A stretch of DNA of 64,000 nucleotides from Monocercomonoides exilis PA203 (lineage: Eukaryota > Protista > Preaxostyla), in NCBI GenBank assembly GCA_001643675.2, contig LSRY02000011.1:1674001-1738000 (forward strand), read 5' to 3'. Position 1 is the stretch's first letter. Each line of letters starts with the position of its first letter. Positions 26,323 through 37,896 of the stretch are shown piece after piece. Both the position numbers and the translations under genes were made by a program. The notes beneath the pieces are model-generated. The model did not search any database, was not told the origin of the DNA, and saw only the letters and a program-made list of their open reading frames with translations.

Positions 26323-26875
26323 ATGAGTTTGTCACAACTTTTAAAAGATCATCAAGTTGCACAATCAAAACGTAAAGAGCAAATAGGTTTTGATACATGC
26401 ACTTTTAAGGGATAAATACTGATTTTTGGTATTCTTTAGAGTTTCACAGAAAAAATGCTCTGCGTTGCGCAACCGTGCTTGGTGACGAACTTTCAGAAAC
26501 TATTAATGCATTACTAACTGAAATATTTTCTAATCAAGTATCATGAAATTTATATCACATTTAAAATGTGTTTCTAAATAAAAATTATGATTTCGTAGAA
26601 ACAACTTGATGCAGAAACAAAACGCCTTCAAATAAATACGAGCAAATTTTTAAAGCAAAGCCAGCAATGGTTGCAACTATCAAATCAACTTGTTACATCA
26701 TTCAAGGTAAGATATTTTAATTTTTCACACGTTACTATTTTCTCATTTCCGCAATGTTTTTTACTTTGTTTCAAAGGAACTCGGGGATGTCGGTAATTTT
26801 CTTCAAACAATTAGCAATGAAATGAAAATAATAGCTGACGCATGTACAGCATGTGCAGAGTCTGGATTAATATAA
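26323..26875 (+). CDS. BLOC1S1: BLOC-1/BORC subunit 1 (BLOS1/GCN5L1); 4 exons, absent from ORF track
   Basis: Exons 26323-26386, 26440-26537, 26599-26706 and 26777-26875 give MSLSQLLKDHQVAQSKRKEQIEFHRKNA...IFSNQKQLDAETKRLQ...QWL...FKELGDVGNF..., matching the BLOS1 pattern LLKEHQ...NQRKLD.E.K.LQ...QW...KEIGDV.N. Confidence 0.92.
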
Positions 26876-27234
26876 CTATTGCTTTTCATTTCGCAATTCA
26901 TTCATTTGAAAGTTTTATTTTTTTTATTAATTTTTTATTGGGTGGTGTGTGTTATTTATGTGGTGTTTATAAGTGTTTTGTTTTTTCAAAATCAATTCAT
27001 GGTGTTTGTTTTGCATTTTTCAGATAAATTGCAATAAATGAAAAAGCACTTCCAAATTTTGTCGAAATTTTTCAATTTTTAATCAAAATTATGTTATGTT
27101 CATCCTCCAAGTTTTAAATTGGATTTTTATTTTAATTTTTTATTGTCACTAGGAAAAAAAAATGGCACAGTGACAGGAAAAGATCTTTTTATGAAATATA
27201 CGATTTGATCAAATTGTTGAGATCGATCATATCT

Positions 27235-30200
27235 ATGAGCTCAAAACCAACTGTTGAAATTCCACCGACCGTAAAAAGACCTGTGTGCTTCCGTCCTACA
27301 AAATGCCAAAAGGGAGATTCTTGTTATTTGTCTCGCCATAAAGAGCATCCAGTATGTTTTTTATTTTTTTGAAGATCCTTGATTGAATTCAATTATTTTT
27401 ATTCAGGGAACGCATCATAAGCGCGATTTTAGAAATCCAAAATATATGATGTCTATTCCTGAAGCAATAAAAGAAGGTCAAAGGTGCTTGAAGTGTATCG
27501 ATCCACCTTGCCAAGCTTCTTGCCCAACTCAGCTTGATGTTAGAACATTCACGAACGCAATGGGAGAAGGAAATATGTATGCAGCTGCTAAGACCCTTTT
27601 CACCCACAACCCACTTGCATGGACTTGTGGTCTTCTTTGCCCAACATGCCAAGCTTGCAGAGGTTCCTGCACACTTACAGACACCGTTCAAGGACCAATC
27701 CACATTAACGAAATGCATCAAGTGGCTTGCGATGCTTTCATGCATATGAAAATTCCTCAAATTCGTGATCCAAGCATTGTTGAACAGCCTTATCATAAAG
27801 CAAAGATTGCAATGATCGGAGCAGGTCCAGCATCTCTTTCATGCGCAACATTTTTAGCAAGAATTGGATATCAAGATATTACAATTTTCGAAAAGCAATC
27901 ATATCCAGGAGGAACACCAGCAATTGAAATTCCTGAATTTCGTATTCCTTATCATGTGACTAGATTTGAAGTTAAACTTGTCGAAGATTTGGGAGTGAAA
28001 ATTGTGTACAACAAAACTTATGGAAAAGACTTTACAATTGATTCCTTGAAACAAGACGGATATCAGGCAATATTCATGGGCATTGGATTCCCTGAAGCTC
28101 ACATGGTTGATCCATTCATGCGTCATAAGGATCTTCCAAATGTGTGGAACAGCAAATCTTTCTTGAACGCAGTTGCTCTTGCTTCAAAGCCCGGAATGAT
28201 TGAGGGAAAAGTTCCAGAACTTCCACATCTGCCAGGTCATGTTGTTGTTTGTGGTGCTGGTGATGTCGCTGCTGATTGCTGCCAAGCAGCATTTCGTTGC
28301 GGAGCTGATTTTGTGTCTCTTGTTTTCAGAAGAGGTTCAATCGATATGAGAATGAATGAAGATGAAGCAGAACACTTGAGAGTTGAAAAGGTTGAGATGG
28401 TTCCATGCCATTCACCAACTGAACTCGTAATTGAAGATGGAAAAGCTACAGGATTGATGTGTAACATCATGAAGAAAATTCCAGGGACAGATAAATACGT
28501 GCACGATCAGGGACAAACAAGAGTTATTAAATTTGATCATGTTATCTCAGCATTTGGATCATTAATTGGAACACATGCAGATCCAATCTATGAAAAACTT
28601 GTTCCCGGAAGAAAAATTGAAGTTAACGAAGAAACAATGGCATCAAACACTGAAGGAGTCTTTGCAGGTGGTGATTGCGTTGGATCAGGTACTATTGTTG
28701 AAGCTGTCAATGATGGTAAAGTTGCAGCGTGGGGTATCCACAGATATCTTGCAAAGCTTATTAGCAACGTTGAGGTTCCTGCCCAACCAACAGAAGTTCC
28801 ACCATTCATGACTCCTGTTGATCTTGTTGATCTTTCAGTCAATATTGCAGGAATGAAATTCCCGAACCCGTTTGGTATTGCTTCTGGCCCATCAAGTGAA
28901 AACTGCAACATGTTAAAAAGAGCTTATCAAGCAGGATTTGGATGGGTTGTTACCAAGACTTTCCAACCAGATGAAGATATGTTAGAAAATGTCAGCCCTC
29001 GTATTGTGGGAGATGCTGAATCAAATACATATTTAAATATTGAATTAAATTCCGAACGTACAGCGGCTTATTGGGAAAAGGAATTACCAAAGTTGAAGAA
29101 AGAGTTTCCGGACAGAATTTTGTTGGCTTCTATTCATTCAAAAGGTGATTTGAATAGCTGGGTTAATTTGGCTAAGAGAATTGCAGCAACTGGAGTTGAT
29201 GGTCTTCAATTGAATATTTCTTGCCCCAATCTTGGTGAAAAAGATTCAAAGCCATTTACCGAGGTTATTCGTGAAACGGTGGCCGCTGTCCATGCTGCTG
29301 TTCCTCTTCCTTTGTTCCCAAAAATTGGTCATTTCCAGGGAAGCATCGTTGAACTTGCAAAAGCGGCTAAAGAAGGTGGTGCATCTGGTGTCTCTGGTGT
29401 GAACACCATTTCTGGTTTGTGGAATGTTACTGCAGATGGAAAATTTGTTCCAGAAGTTGGATTTGGCCCAGAAGCAAGAACAGCATATGGTGGAATGTCC
29501 GGTCGTGCAATAAAGCCATTTGCTTTGTCCGGTGTTGCTGAAGTGTGCCAAAGCGTACCAAACTTCCCATTCTTGGCATGCGGTGGCATTGAAAATGCTT
29601 TGACAGCATGGGAATTCATTCAATGTGGAGCTCCAGCTGTTCAGTTCTGTTCTGCATCGATGCATAAAGGATTCAAAACTTTGATTGGAGAGTTGATTCC
29701 TGGATTGAAATTCCTTCTTTATGCACGTTCAAGGGATGATTTGAAGACATGGAAATCATTCGTACCACCTGCAGTTTTGGCAGAGAGATCTCATAGAAAG
29801 AGATTTGGTCTGTATTATGATCAAGATGAAGATAAAGAAATTGAATCTCTTGCAGATGCAAAACTTCCAGCAGAACCAATCAAGTTGAAGGAATTTGTCC
29901 TTGATCAGATGAATGGAGCTTCATCATCGACAACTCCTTCTTCAATTGCACCAGAAATAAAGACAATTGAATCCGAAGTCGGAACTGTGTTGAATAAACT
30001 TGTTCACTTTAATGAACTTAAACCACAAATTAAGGTTGTATCAACCATCGATGTTGACAGATGCTGGAACTGTGGAAGATGTCAAACTGCTTGCTTTGAC
30101 GCTGGATATGCTTGCATTATCTTTGATAGAACTTCACGTATTCCAAAAGTCACTCCAATGTGTCATGGATGTGGCTTGTGCGCTGCTGTGTGCCCTGCTA

Positions 30201-30238
30201 AGTGCATATCCATGAAACCAAAGGAGGCAAAGAAATAA
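27235..30238 (+). CDS. DPYD: Dihydropyrimidine dehydrogenase (NADP+), fused eukaryote-type; intron 27352-27406
   Basis: RCLKCIDPPCQASCP Fe-S motif; GAGPAS FAD site; GAGDVAADC and VFRRG NADPH domain; PNPFGIASGP, VTKT, NVSPRI; LNISCP catalytic Cys; C-terminal CWNCGRC..AC and CHGCGLC..VCP ferredoxin motifs. Confidence 0.96.
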
Positions 30239-30438
30239 ATTCGTTTTTTTGAAAATTTTGTTGTCAGAAAGTGCTGTTGATACTTGAGTGTTCTTTACGT
30301 TTTGAAAGTTCTTTTTTCTTTCATGTCATCTTTAATGTTGTTTCTTTGACCGTAAACAAAGAAGCTTAAATGTTTATGTGATGAAGGATTTTTCTAATTT
30401 TTTAAGGGTTAAAGATCAAGATTTTTCCTGAATTTTTA

Positions 30439-31543
30439 ATGTCTGAATCTCCAACTAGTTCGAAGGAAGCTTCAAATGATTCTATCTCGCAATGGACGGT
30501 TGTATTTGAGATGATGAAAGAGAAAGGGAATATAACATTACTTCCTGGATTGAGTGATAAAGGTATTTTGATATAATTATATTTATGACATTATTTGTTT
30601 GCGCAAAAGAGTTCAAAGCAATAGAAGCAAAATATAAGTTCACTTTTCCACCCGATCTACGCTCATTTTACCAGGAGCATCTTCCTATTGGTATGAGTTA
30701 TCTTTTTAAATCCTGATGATTCGTTTTTTTCGTTAAAAAGGGAATGGTTGGATTAATTGGTATGTATTTTTTGATGCAATAAGATAACGGTTAATAAGAA
30801 CTAAATTTTAAAACAGGAGAAAACCTGAAATTGTTGAAATTGAGCCGGATGATCAAGAACTTTTGAACGAAGTTCTTCAGCCACCAACATATATGAACGA
30901 AGTGGAAATTAATCTATATAGCATAGCTTCTGGAATTTTATTTGATATATTGAATAACGACGCATGGCTATCAGAGTTTGGAGAAAAGCCTTCCTCAGTA
31001 AAGGATGCCCTCGTTCAAGCACATAGATATCTAAAATCGGAAAATGTAATGTTTTTGTATTCTATTGTACACCTGCTTATAAACTTATTATTGTAAAAAT
31101 TTTTGTTTCATTTTTCATTTTTTGTTGAGGTTCCAAAATTAATTCCAATATGTACTCACAGATTTATTCCTTCTCTTCCAAACGAAATCGGGAATCCTGT
31201 ATTTAGTATAATGGGAACTGACGCAATTGTTTACGGCTATGATTTAAAGCAATATTTGATCAATGAGTTAACAGATTATACTCCATGTCAAAAGGCGCCA
31301 AAGTGGATACCTTTCTGGTCGTCTCTTTGTGGAGAAACACAAGTGGTAGAAGATTATTGGGGAAGTGACGATGAAGAAAATAGTGAAGAAAAAAGTGAAG
31401 AAGAAAATGCATCAAAAGGAGAAAATAAAGAAGTTTTCGAAAATAAAGATGAAAGCTCCAATAAAAAAGATTTTAATGTTGATGTGTTAACACAATTTGG
31501 ATTTGGAATGAAAGTTATCGATGAAAAAGAAGTTAAAAAATAA
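30439..31543 (+). CDS. SMI1/KNR4 (SUKH-superfamily) protein; 5 exons
   Basis: Spliced: PGLSDKEFKAIEAKYKFTFPPDLRSFY...LPIGNGWINWR...VPKLIPICTHRFIP...GNPVFSIMGTDAIVYGYDL...IPFWS. Introns 30563-30609, 30690-30740, 30760-30817 and 31046-31129. Confidence 0.8.
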
Positions 31544-32244
31544 GAATATGACATAAAAGTCCAAAAAATCATTCATTTTTCAGTTTTTGTGACTTCAAAA
31601 TTTAGTAATTTTTTTTATGATTATAACAATTAGGAATTATAATCATTTATTTTTCTGGAAACAATTTGGGATATTTTTTTAATGAAAGGATTTTTAACAA
31701 TAAGTTTAAGAAATTTTTGTTTAAATTCTTTTTCGAAAAAGAAAATGATAAGGACTTGGCTCATTCCCTTTCTTTCTTTCTTTCTCTCTATCTCTCTCTA
31801 TTATTTTTAACATCTGAAAAATGAAAAATAAAACTGGTCCTTAAGTGATCAAAGTTTTTCTACAATGTCACGCTGTATTTGAAAACCTAAAAAAAATATT
31901 TTTTCTGACAAGTCGGTTTTTCCCACATTTTATTATTTCTCATTGATTTTGGTTTATAAGGAAAAGTTAATGAAAAAAAAGTTTAATTTCATTTCTTCAC
32001 TCAATTTCTGATGTGAATGGGAATTAGCTCCTCCTTCTCTAATTAGCGTATCCTCTGAGGAGATTGAGATTACAACAAAGCGGCTGAATAAAAACTTTTC
32101 TGGATTGAATTTGTCCGTTGAAATTTTTTTTATTTAAGATTAAAAAACATTTTTTTTGGTAAAAATCATGACCCAAAATTTTCAGAATAAGTGTTGCATT
32201 AGATAAGAAAGAACATGGTCAGTTAATTCTTTTAGAAAAATTTA

Positions 32245-33700
32245 TGTCATATGAACATCGAAGAATTGAAAATCGAACAGAATGAATGTCTATCATTATT
32301 GAAGATGGCTATGTTCGAATTATTAATTCAATAAATACCAATGAATTCACGCGATTTGCAATTTTCAGAGCAGTTTCATTAGTAAAGAGCGGAAGAGCTG
32401 TTGGAATAACAGGAAGCCCGGAGCTGTTTAACGAAGATGAAAGAAATACGATTGTTGGAGTTATCAAAATAGTGAGTTTATCCGGAACAAGTTTGAATGT
32501 CAAGAGATCAAAAGAATATGTTTGATTTCACATTTATTTTCTTTCAATTTTAATAATAATATATTTTTCTCAAAAAATCCGTCATTTCCGACAAAAAAAG
32601 ACATTCAGAATCTGAAGATGATGAAAATGCCAATGTATCAAAAGCATATCCATATTTATTTGGAAAATGGAATTCAGAGCTCAAAGCATCCATGGTCAGA
32701 AATGTGGATATCCAATGTTTTTCAGTATCCAACCAGCAAGCTCTTCTTCCCATCTGCGAGCTTCTGCAATATCTTCATGATTCACATCATTATTCACATT
32801 CTTTGATCTTTAACACTGATGAATCTTCACTGTGCCTATCTGATTCCTTCAAAACTCTTGTGATTCACCCCACAGGAGTTCCAGCTGGATTTCATACAAC
32901 ACACACAAACATGCCAAATGCCACTTTGTTTGTCGCAGCTGCTGCAGATGGATATTCTTTTAAAAGCGTTGTGTTGCGGCCATGCCACAAATTACTAAAG
33001 GAAATGAGTGTTCTGCTGACTGCACAGATGGACGTTTGGGACAACAACGAAGGTTGGATGACAGAATTCATTTTCTAAGATATGCAGAAGAGGTTTTTCT
33101 GAATGGAATCATCGAAAGAAGGAAAATATTTTGAAAGCCAATGAGAGATGTCTTCTGCTTCTGGATTCTCACTCTTCTCGGGCTCAGCCAGACATATGGC
33201 AGAAATTTGTTGATAACAACATTGACGTTGTCACTTTTATTCCTCACAGTTCACACATCACGCAACCTCTTAATGTTTGTGTGTTTGCAGTCTACAAGAA
33301 ATGCATCAACTCTCCGAACTCTATGCATCCGGATTCTTCCATTTCTCTCCGACGCGAGGCCATTTCTAATGTTCTTCCACAATCCCTTCAGATAGCATTG
33401 CTTCCTGTAACTGTTGTTTCTTCGTTCAAGAGAAGCGGCGTGCTTTCAAATAAGTGACATTCAGTATTATCAACACTTCCAAAGGATGTTTCAGTTTCTC
33501 TGAAAAAGATAATACACAGGTTCGATTATTTCTGAAAAATAATTGTTAAACAACAACTCCTTAACGAATGAAATGAAGATAAGAAAATGAAAGAAGTTAA
33601 GAAAAGCAAAGATAATATAAATGAAAATGAAGAAAAAATTCATTTTGCAGTTGAAAAGCTCAAAAAAAGAAGATTTCACAAACCCAACAATTTGAATGAT
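32245..33700 (+). pseudogene. Decayed pogo/Fot1-like (DDE_1) transposase; DNA transposon remnant
   Basis: Fragments IFNTDES, TLFVAAAADG, NNEGWMT, LLLLDSHSSR and FIPHSSHITQPLN are split by stops and frameshifts. The DD35D spacing is kept, but the third Asp is Asn. Confidence 0.85.
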
Positions 33701-34032
33701 GATGTTTTGTACGATGGATCAATGCAACAAAATTCCAGTAAAATTTGAAAGAGAGAAATTGCTGAAAATGGATATTATTAATCATTTCAATTTTTATTAT
33801 CAAAATATGATAGCTTGAAAAAAAAATTATTTTTTGTTTCAAAGAAATGAAAATAAGAAAAATAGATTTAAAATTACCTCAAATGTTTGCCAATTTTTGA
33901 AATGAAAAAAAAAAAAAAAAATTGAAAATGAAAAAAATTGAGTTACAAAAATAAATACTTCTCATTTCCTTAAACATTCAGAATGCTGCCTGATAAATTT
34001 CATGATATAGTTGGAAAAATAACTTTCTAAGT

Positions 34033-35316
34033 TTAAAGAACAAATATTTGGTAAAAGCTTGTGTAGATATCATCATATCCTTCTTCTTCCATCTTTTTAA
34101 GCAACATCATCTTTGCTTTTTTATTTTTATCTTTGTCTATTTCATCATCTTCATTTCCTTCCAATCTTTTTGAAATCCCACAAAAGAAATTCATACAGGA
34201 ACAAGCTGGGTCTTCGTTTATTGTTTGCTTCCAAGTTTCCTCCAAAAAAACATCAATGATCCCACTTTTCAACAAATCATCATATTTCACAGATCTGCTT
34301 TCCGCCATTCCTCTTGAGCCCAAAATGCAAAACTCACAAATATCTCTGTGATTTTCCTTTGCTATTTGAAAGAGCTGAACAATGCTTCCAATAAGTTCAA
34401 CATGCTCCCCATTCCATAACGTGGACAAGCCTGTTATAGAAAAAAAGATTTGGAGCCATCTCAACAAAACAAGCTTTTCTTTCTCTTCTTCTTTACTCAT
34501 TTCATCTTTGTTTTTCTTCCAATCGATGCATTCCGTCAGCTCCTTAAATACCATTGTTGCTTCTCTTGCTAAATGCAGCTCATTCACAATTACTTCTTCT
34601 AAGCTGTCATCATTGAAGAATCTGTCAATTAAAAAATTCCAAGCAGATTGATACGCAAGTTGGGTAAGATTTCTGTGATCCTGATGGTATTTGATGATTT
34701 CCCTGATCTCATTCAAGAAAAGTTTTTTGTCCACTTTCTATACAAAAAAGAAGAAGAAATAAATTACGTAAGCACAAAAAGAGATAATGCTATTCCATAC
34801 ACAATTTCTAATATTACTCAATGCCAGCAAAGCTATTTCCGCTTCTCTTTGCGTTTCCTCGTCTCTCTCATTCCTCAGAGCAGCTTTCAAAAGATGAGGA
34901 ATACAGATCGAAAGACAAACATTGGATAGATTGCCATAACCACAATGCAGCAAGAGACAGCATTCGCTAAGATCAATTAGCAGCTTTTCATTCTTTCCTT
35001 CTTTTTTCTGATCTTCTTTTTTAATCATCTTCTCAAATCTTTTTTTCAAAGAAAATTCGAATGAAGGATAACTCCATATATTCTCAGCTACTTTGAAAAA
35101 TTCCACATGTTTCAATAGCAAAATTGCATTAGCATGTGATATTTTCTTTTTTTTAATCATTTTATCAATATCGTTGCACATTTGTTCCTCGATAAATGTA
35201 TAAGTTTGATCTTTATTCATTTCATCTATCATTCGAAACATTTCTTCTATTTCCACTTTTTGTTCCGCATCAGTCAAATTATACAATTTCTTTAGTTCCA
35301 CTTTAAAGTCGAACAT
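34033..35316 (-). CDS. Hypothetical alpha-helical (ARM-like) protein of a probable lineage-specific multicopy family; intron 34738-34800
   Basis: Two ORFs are joined in phase 0 by a GTATGG...TAG intron. Motifs EKLLIDLSECCL, ETQREAEIALLALS and EIIKYHQDHRNLTQLAYQSAW are recalled as typical of an expanded Monocercomonoides family (unverified). Confidence 0.7.
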
Positions 35317-37896
35317 TCACAAGACAAAATAAGAATAAAAATTCTAAAGTAATAATTTGAAAATATCCAACACATACTCAGAAATAGTTTTTTCAGAAAA
35401 ATTTGCTGCATTTGACAATATGAAACCACAAAAGTTAGCAAATTCATTTTCCAAATATCGAAACAATTTTCGTATAAAAAAAAAAATTCAAATACACCAA
35501 ATCAAATATTTATAATAACACAGTAGTCCATACATCTTCTTTTGCCATCAATGTCTTTAACCTCAAAACAAGCAAATCTTTGGATCAAAAAATCTCCTTT
35601 TTAATTTAATAAATAAGGGTTATTAACCTATAATTTTATAAGTGAGAGTTTTTTGATTGATGATTTGCGGAAGCCAGAAGATGTTTGAGCTACTTTTGCG
35701 CACAGCCACAGATGTACCCATGCGAGTAATGGCACTGCAGAAGGACATGAATTTTGCTTGCAGATGGAGGAGCGAGTGGCTGTTTGCATCGATTGCTTGC
35801 TTTTAGTGAATTGGTGAAGAAAATTACATGAAATATGAACTTGGCTATGTATCGCAAAACATATGGTGCGACATTGGCTGTGATATTTTGAAAAAATTAT
35901 TCAAGCAAGGTGCAGAAAAAGCGAGTTGAATTTCAGAAAGATTTGATTGAACCGCTTGTTCATTTCGAGGGAAACGTTGTTTGCTTGGTATATCTTTTGC
36001 GCAGGATTTGTTTTGTGGAAAAGGAAATAAAATTTGGGGTTGGACAATGGAGGAAGCGAGCAGAATGAAGCACTCAGCAGGCATTTACAACAATTTCATT
36101 TGCATTTTGGAATCCTACTGGTAAGCTGTCAGCAAAGACATGACGTTGAATAAGTCTTTGAAAAGGAGTTAATTTGAGAATATGTATTTTCATTTGGAAT
36201 CATGGACAACTTCACAATAGATTCTCTGCGTTCGATGACGTTTTTTGCAAGCCATTTTTATCCATTTGTCTGAATTTTTTTATGTATCAAGAGGCAATTT
36301 TGAAGAACAAGAAAGTCAGTTAAGTTGATAATTACCAATGCATTGGAGATGGGAAAACATTTCAAGATCAAAAAAACAATGGCTTGACTTTTTTTTTTTC
36401 ATTCAATTTTCTTTAAAGTTACTCTTTGAATGAATAGAGATTGACCATGAACTGGAATGCCATGGAAAGAAGCATTTTTATCCTTTTTGAAAAGAACTGG
36501 AAGTTTTGAGATTATTTTTGTTTGCGTTTCATTCAAGAATGGCATTCGTGACTTCAGCCATATGTCTTGTATGATGCACAGCCCAATAATGCTTGACATG
36601 AGCTTGAAAGAGAAAAGCAGTATGCTTGGCTTATTTGTGAGTGCTTGACAGAAGCGACTCATTTGTCGAATCTGATGAGCTTGCTATGCGTTCACATTCA
36701 GAATACATCCGACTTTTCGTGTTATTCGTTATTTCAAAGAATTGTTTGATGGAAACGGACATTCCGATACTTTTATGGGGAGGCACACACTTCTGGTGAA
36801 ATTGCAGAATTGGATGAAGTGCGAATTACTTTTGGAAATTGAAAGGAATTTGAATGATTCAAAATTAGATTGCTTCCAAAAAGAGAAGAGAAAGGAGAAG
36901 ATGCATCAATGGACTCAAGAATAAGGGAAAATCGTAATGAATAAGAAAAATGACTTTTAATAAAAAGAGAAGAGAGAAAGGGGAAACAGACAATTTTGAA
37001 AGAGGAATTAAACATTTTATAATGAATCAATTAATAAAGAAAAAGATGTTCAACATCATGAGGAAAGAAAACATAGAGAAAGAACAAGGAAATTTTGGAG
37101 AGGAAAGAGAGAGAGAAAGAAAGAGAAAGAGGAGAAGTTGAAGAATGAAAAGGGAGAAAAGGAAGAACGAATGAATGAATGAAAAAGACACATAAGACAA
37201 AAGAGTGCATAAGCGGTATAAGAAGGAAAGAGAAGAAAGGGGAATGAATACAAAGAAAGAATATTTTTGACAAGAAGAAAACAAGCTGATTTTGAAGAAT
37301 AGAAAGAAGGAGTTGTCAAGGAAGAAAGATAGAAAGAAAGAAAAGATGAACCGTCATTTTTGAATATTGCTCCGCTTTTCAAGAGGCGAAGACTGAAAAA
37401 TATAAAAGGGAAGAAACAGAATACTTTGAAATCAGTTTTGAGAAAAGAAGAAGAAAAATATTTGTGTTAATTTTTTTCCTGCAAACTTCTCAAAAGATCA
37501 GCCGAAAAGGGAAAATTTCATGGAGAAAAATAAAAATGCTTTAGCGTGTTCAAAATAAAAAATTTTGAGAATAACTTTTTTAATCGATTTCGAAATTTCC
37601 CTCATTGGAACGCTTTCTTTTATAATGTGGATTAATTTTACAACATTTAAAAATGTCAAAAATGTCAACAAAAAGTGGTTCAATTTACGCATATGGAAAT
37701 ATATCTGCTTCAATTATTAAGGATATTTCATACCATTTTATTTCGCTATTATTTCACTGAAGAGAATATTTAAAAATACTTGCTTCAGTTGGAAATAAAA
37801 AAGAAAAAGGAAAAAAATACACAAAAATTAAGCTAAAAGAAACTATCCACAAAATATAATAACAGGGAACGAAAAGCAATTTCTCTTTCTGAGAGT

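Noticed and set aside
19730-30238. Functional clustering of flavodoxin with DPD
   Set aside because: They are separated by unrelated genes in a eukaryotic genome, so proximity alone is not evidence.
31740-33960. Terminal inverted repeats for the transposon
   Set aside because: No convincing inverted pair found by eye; needs a computational search.
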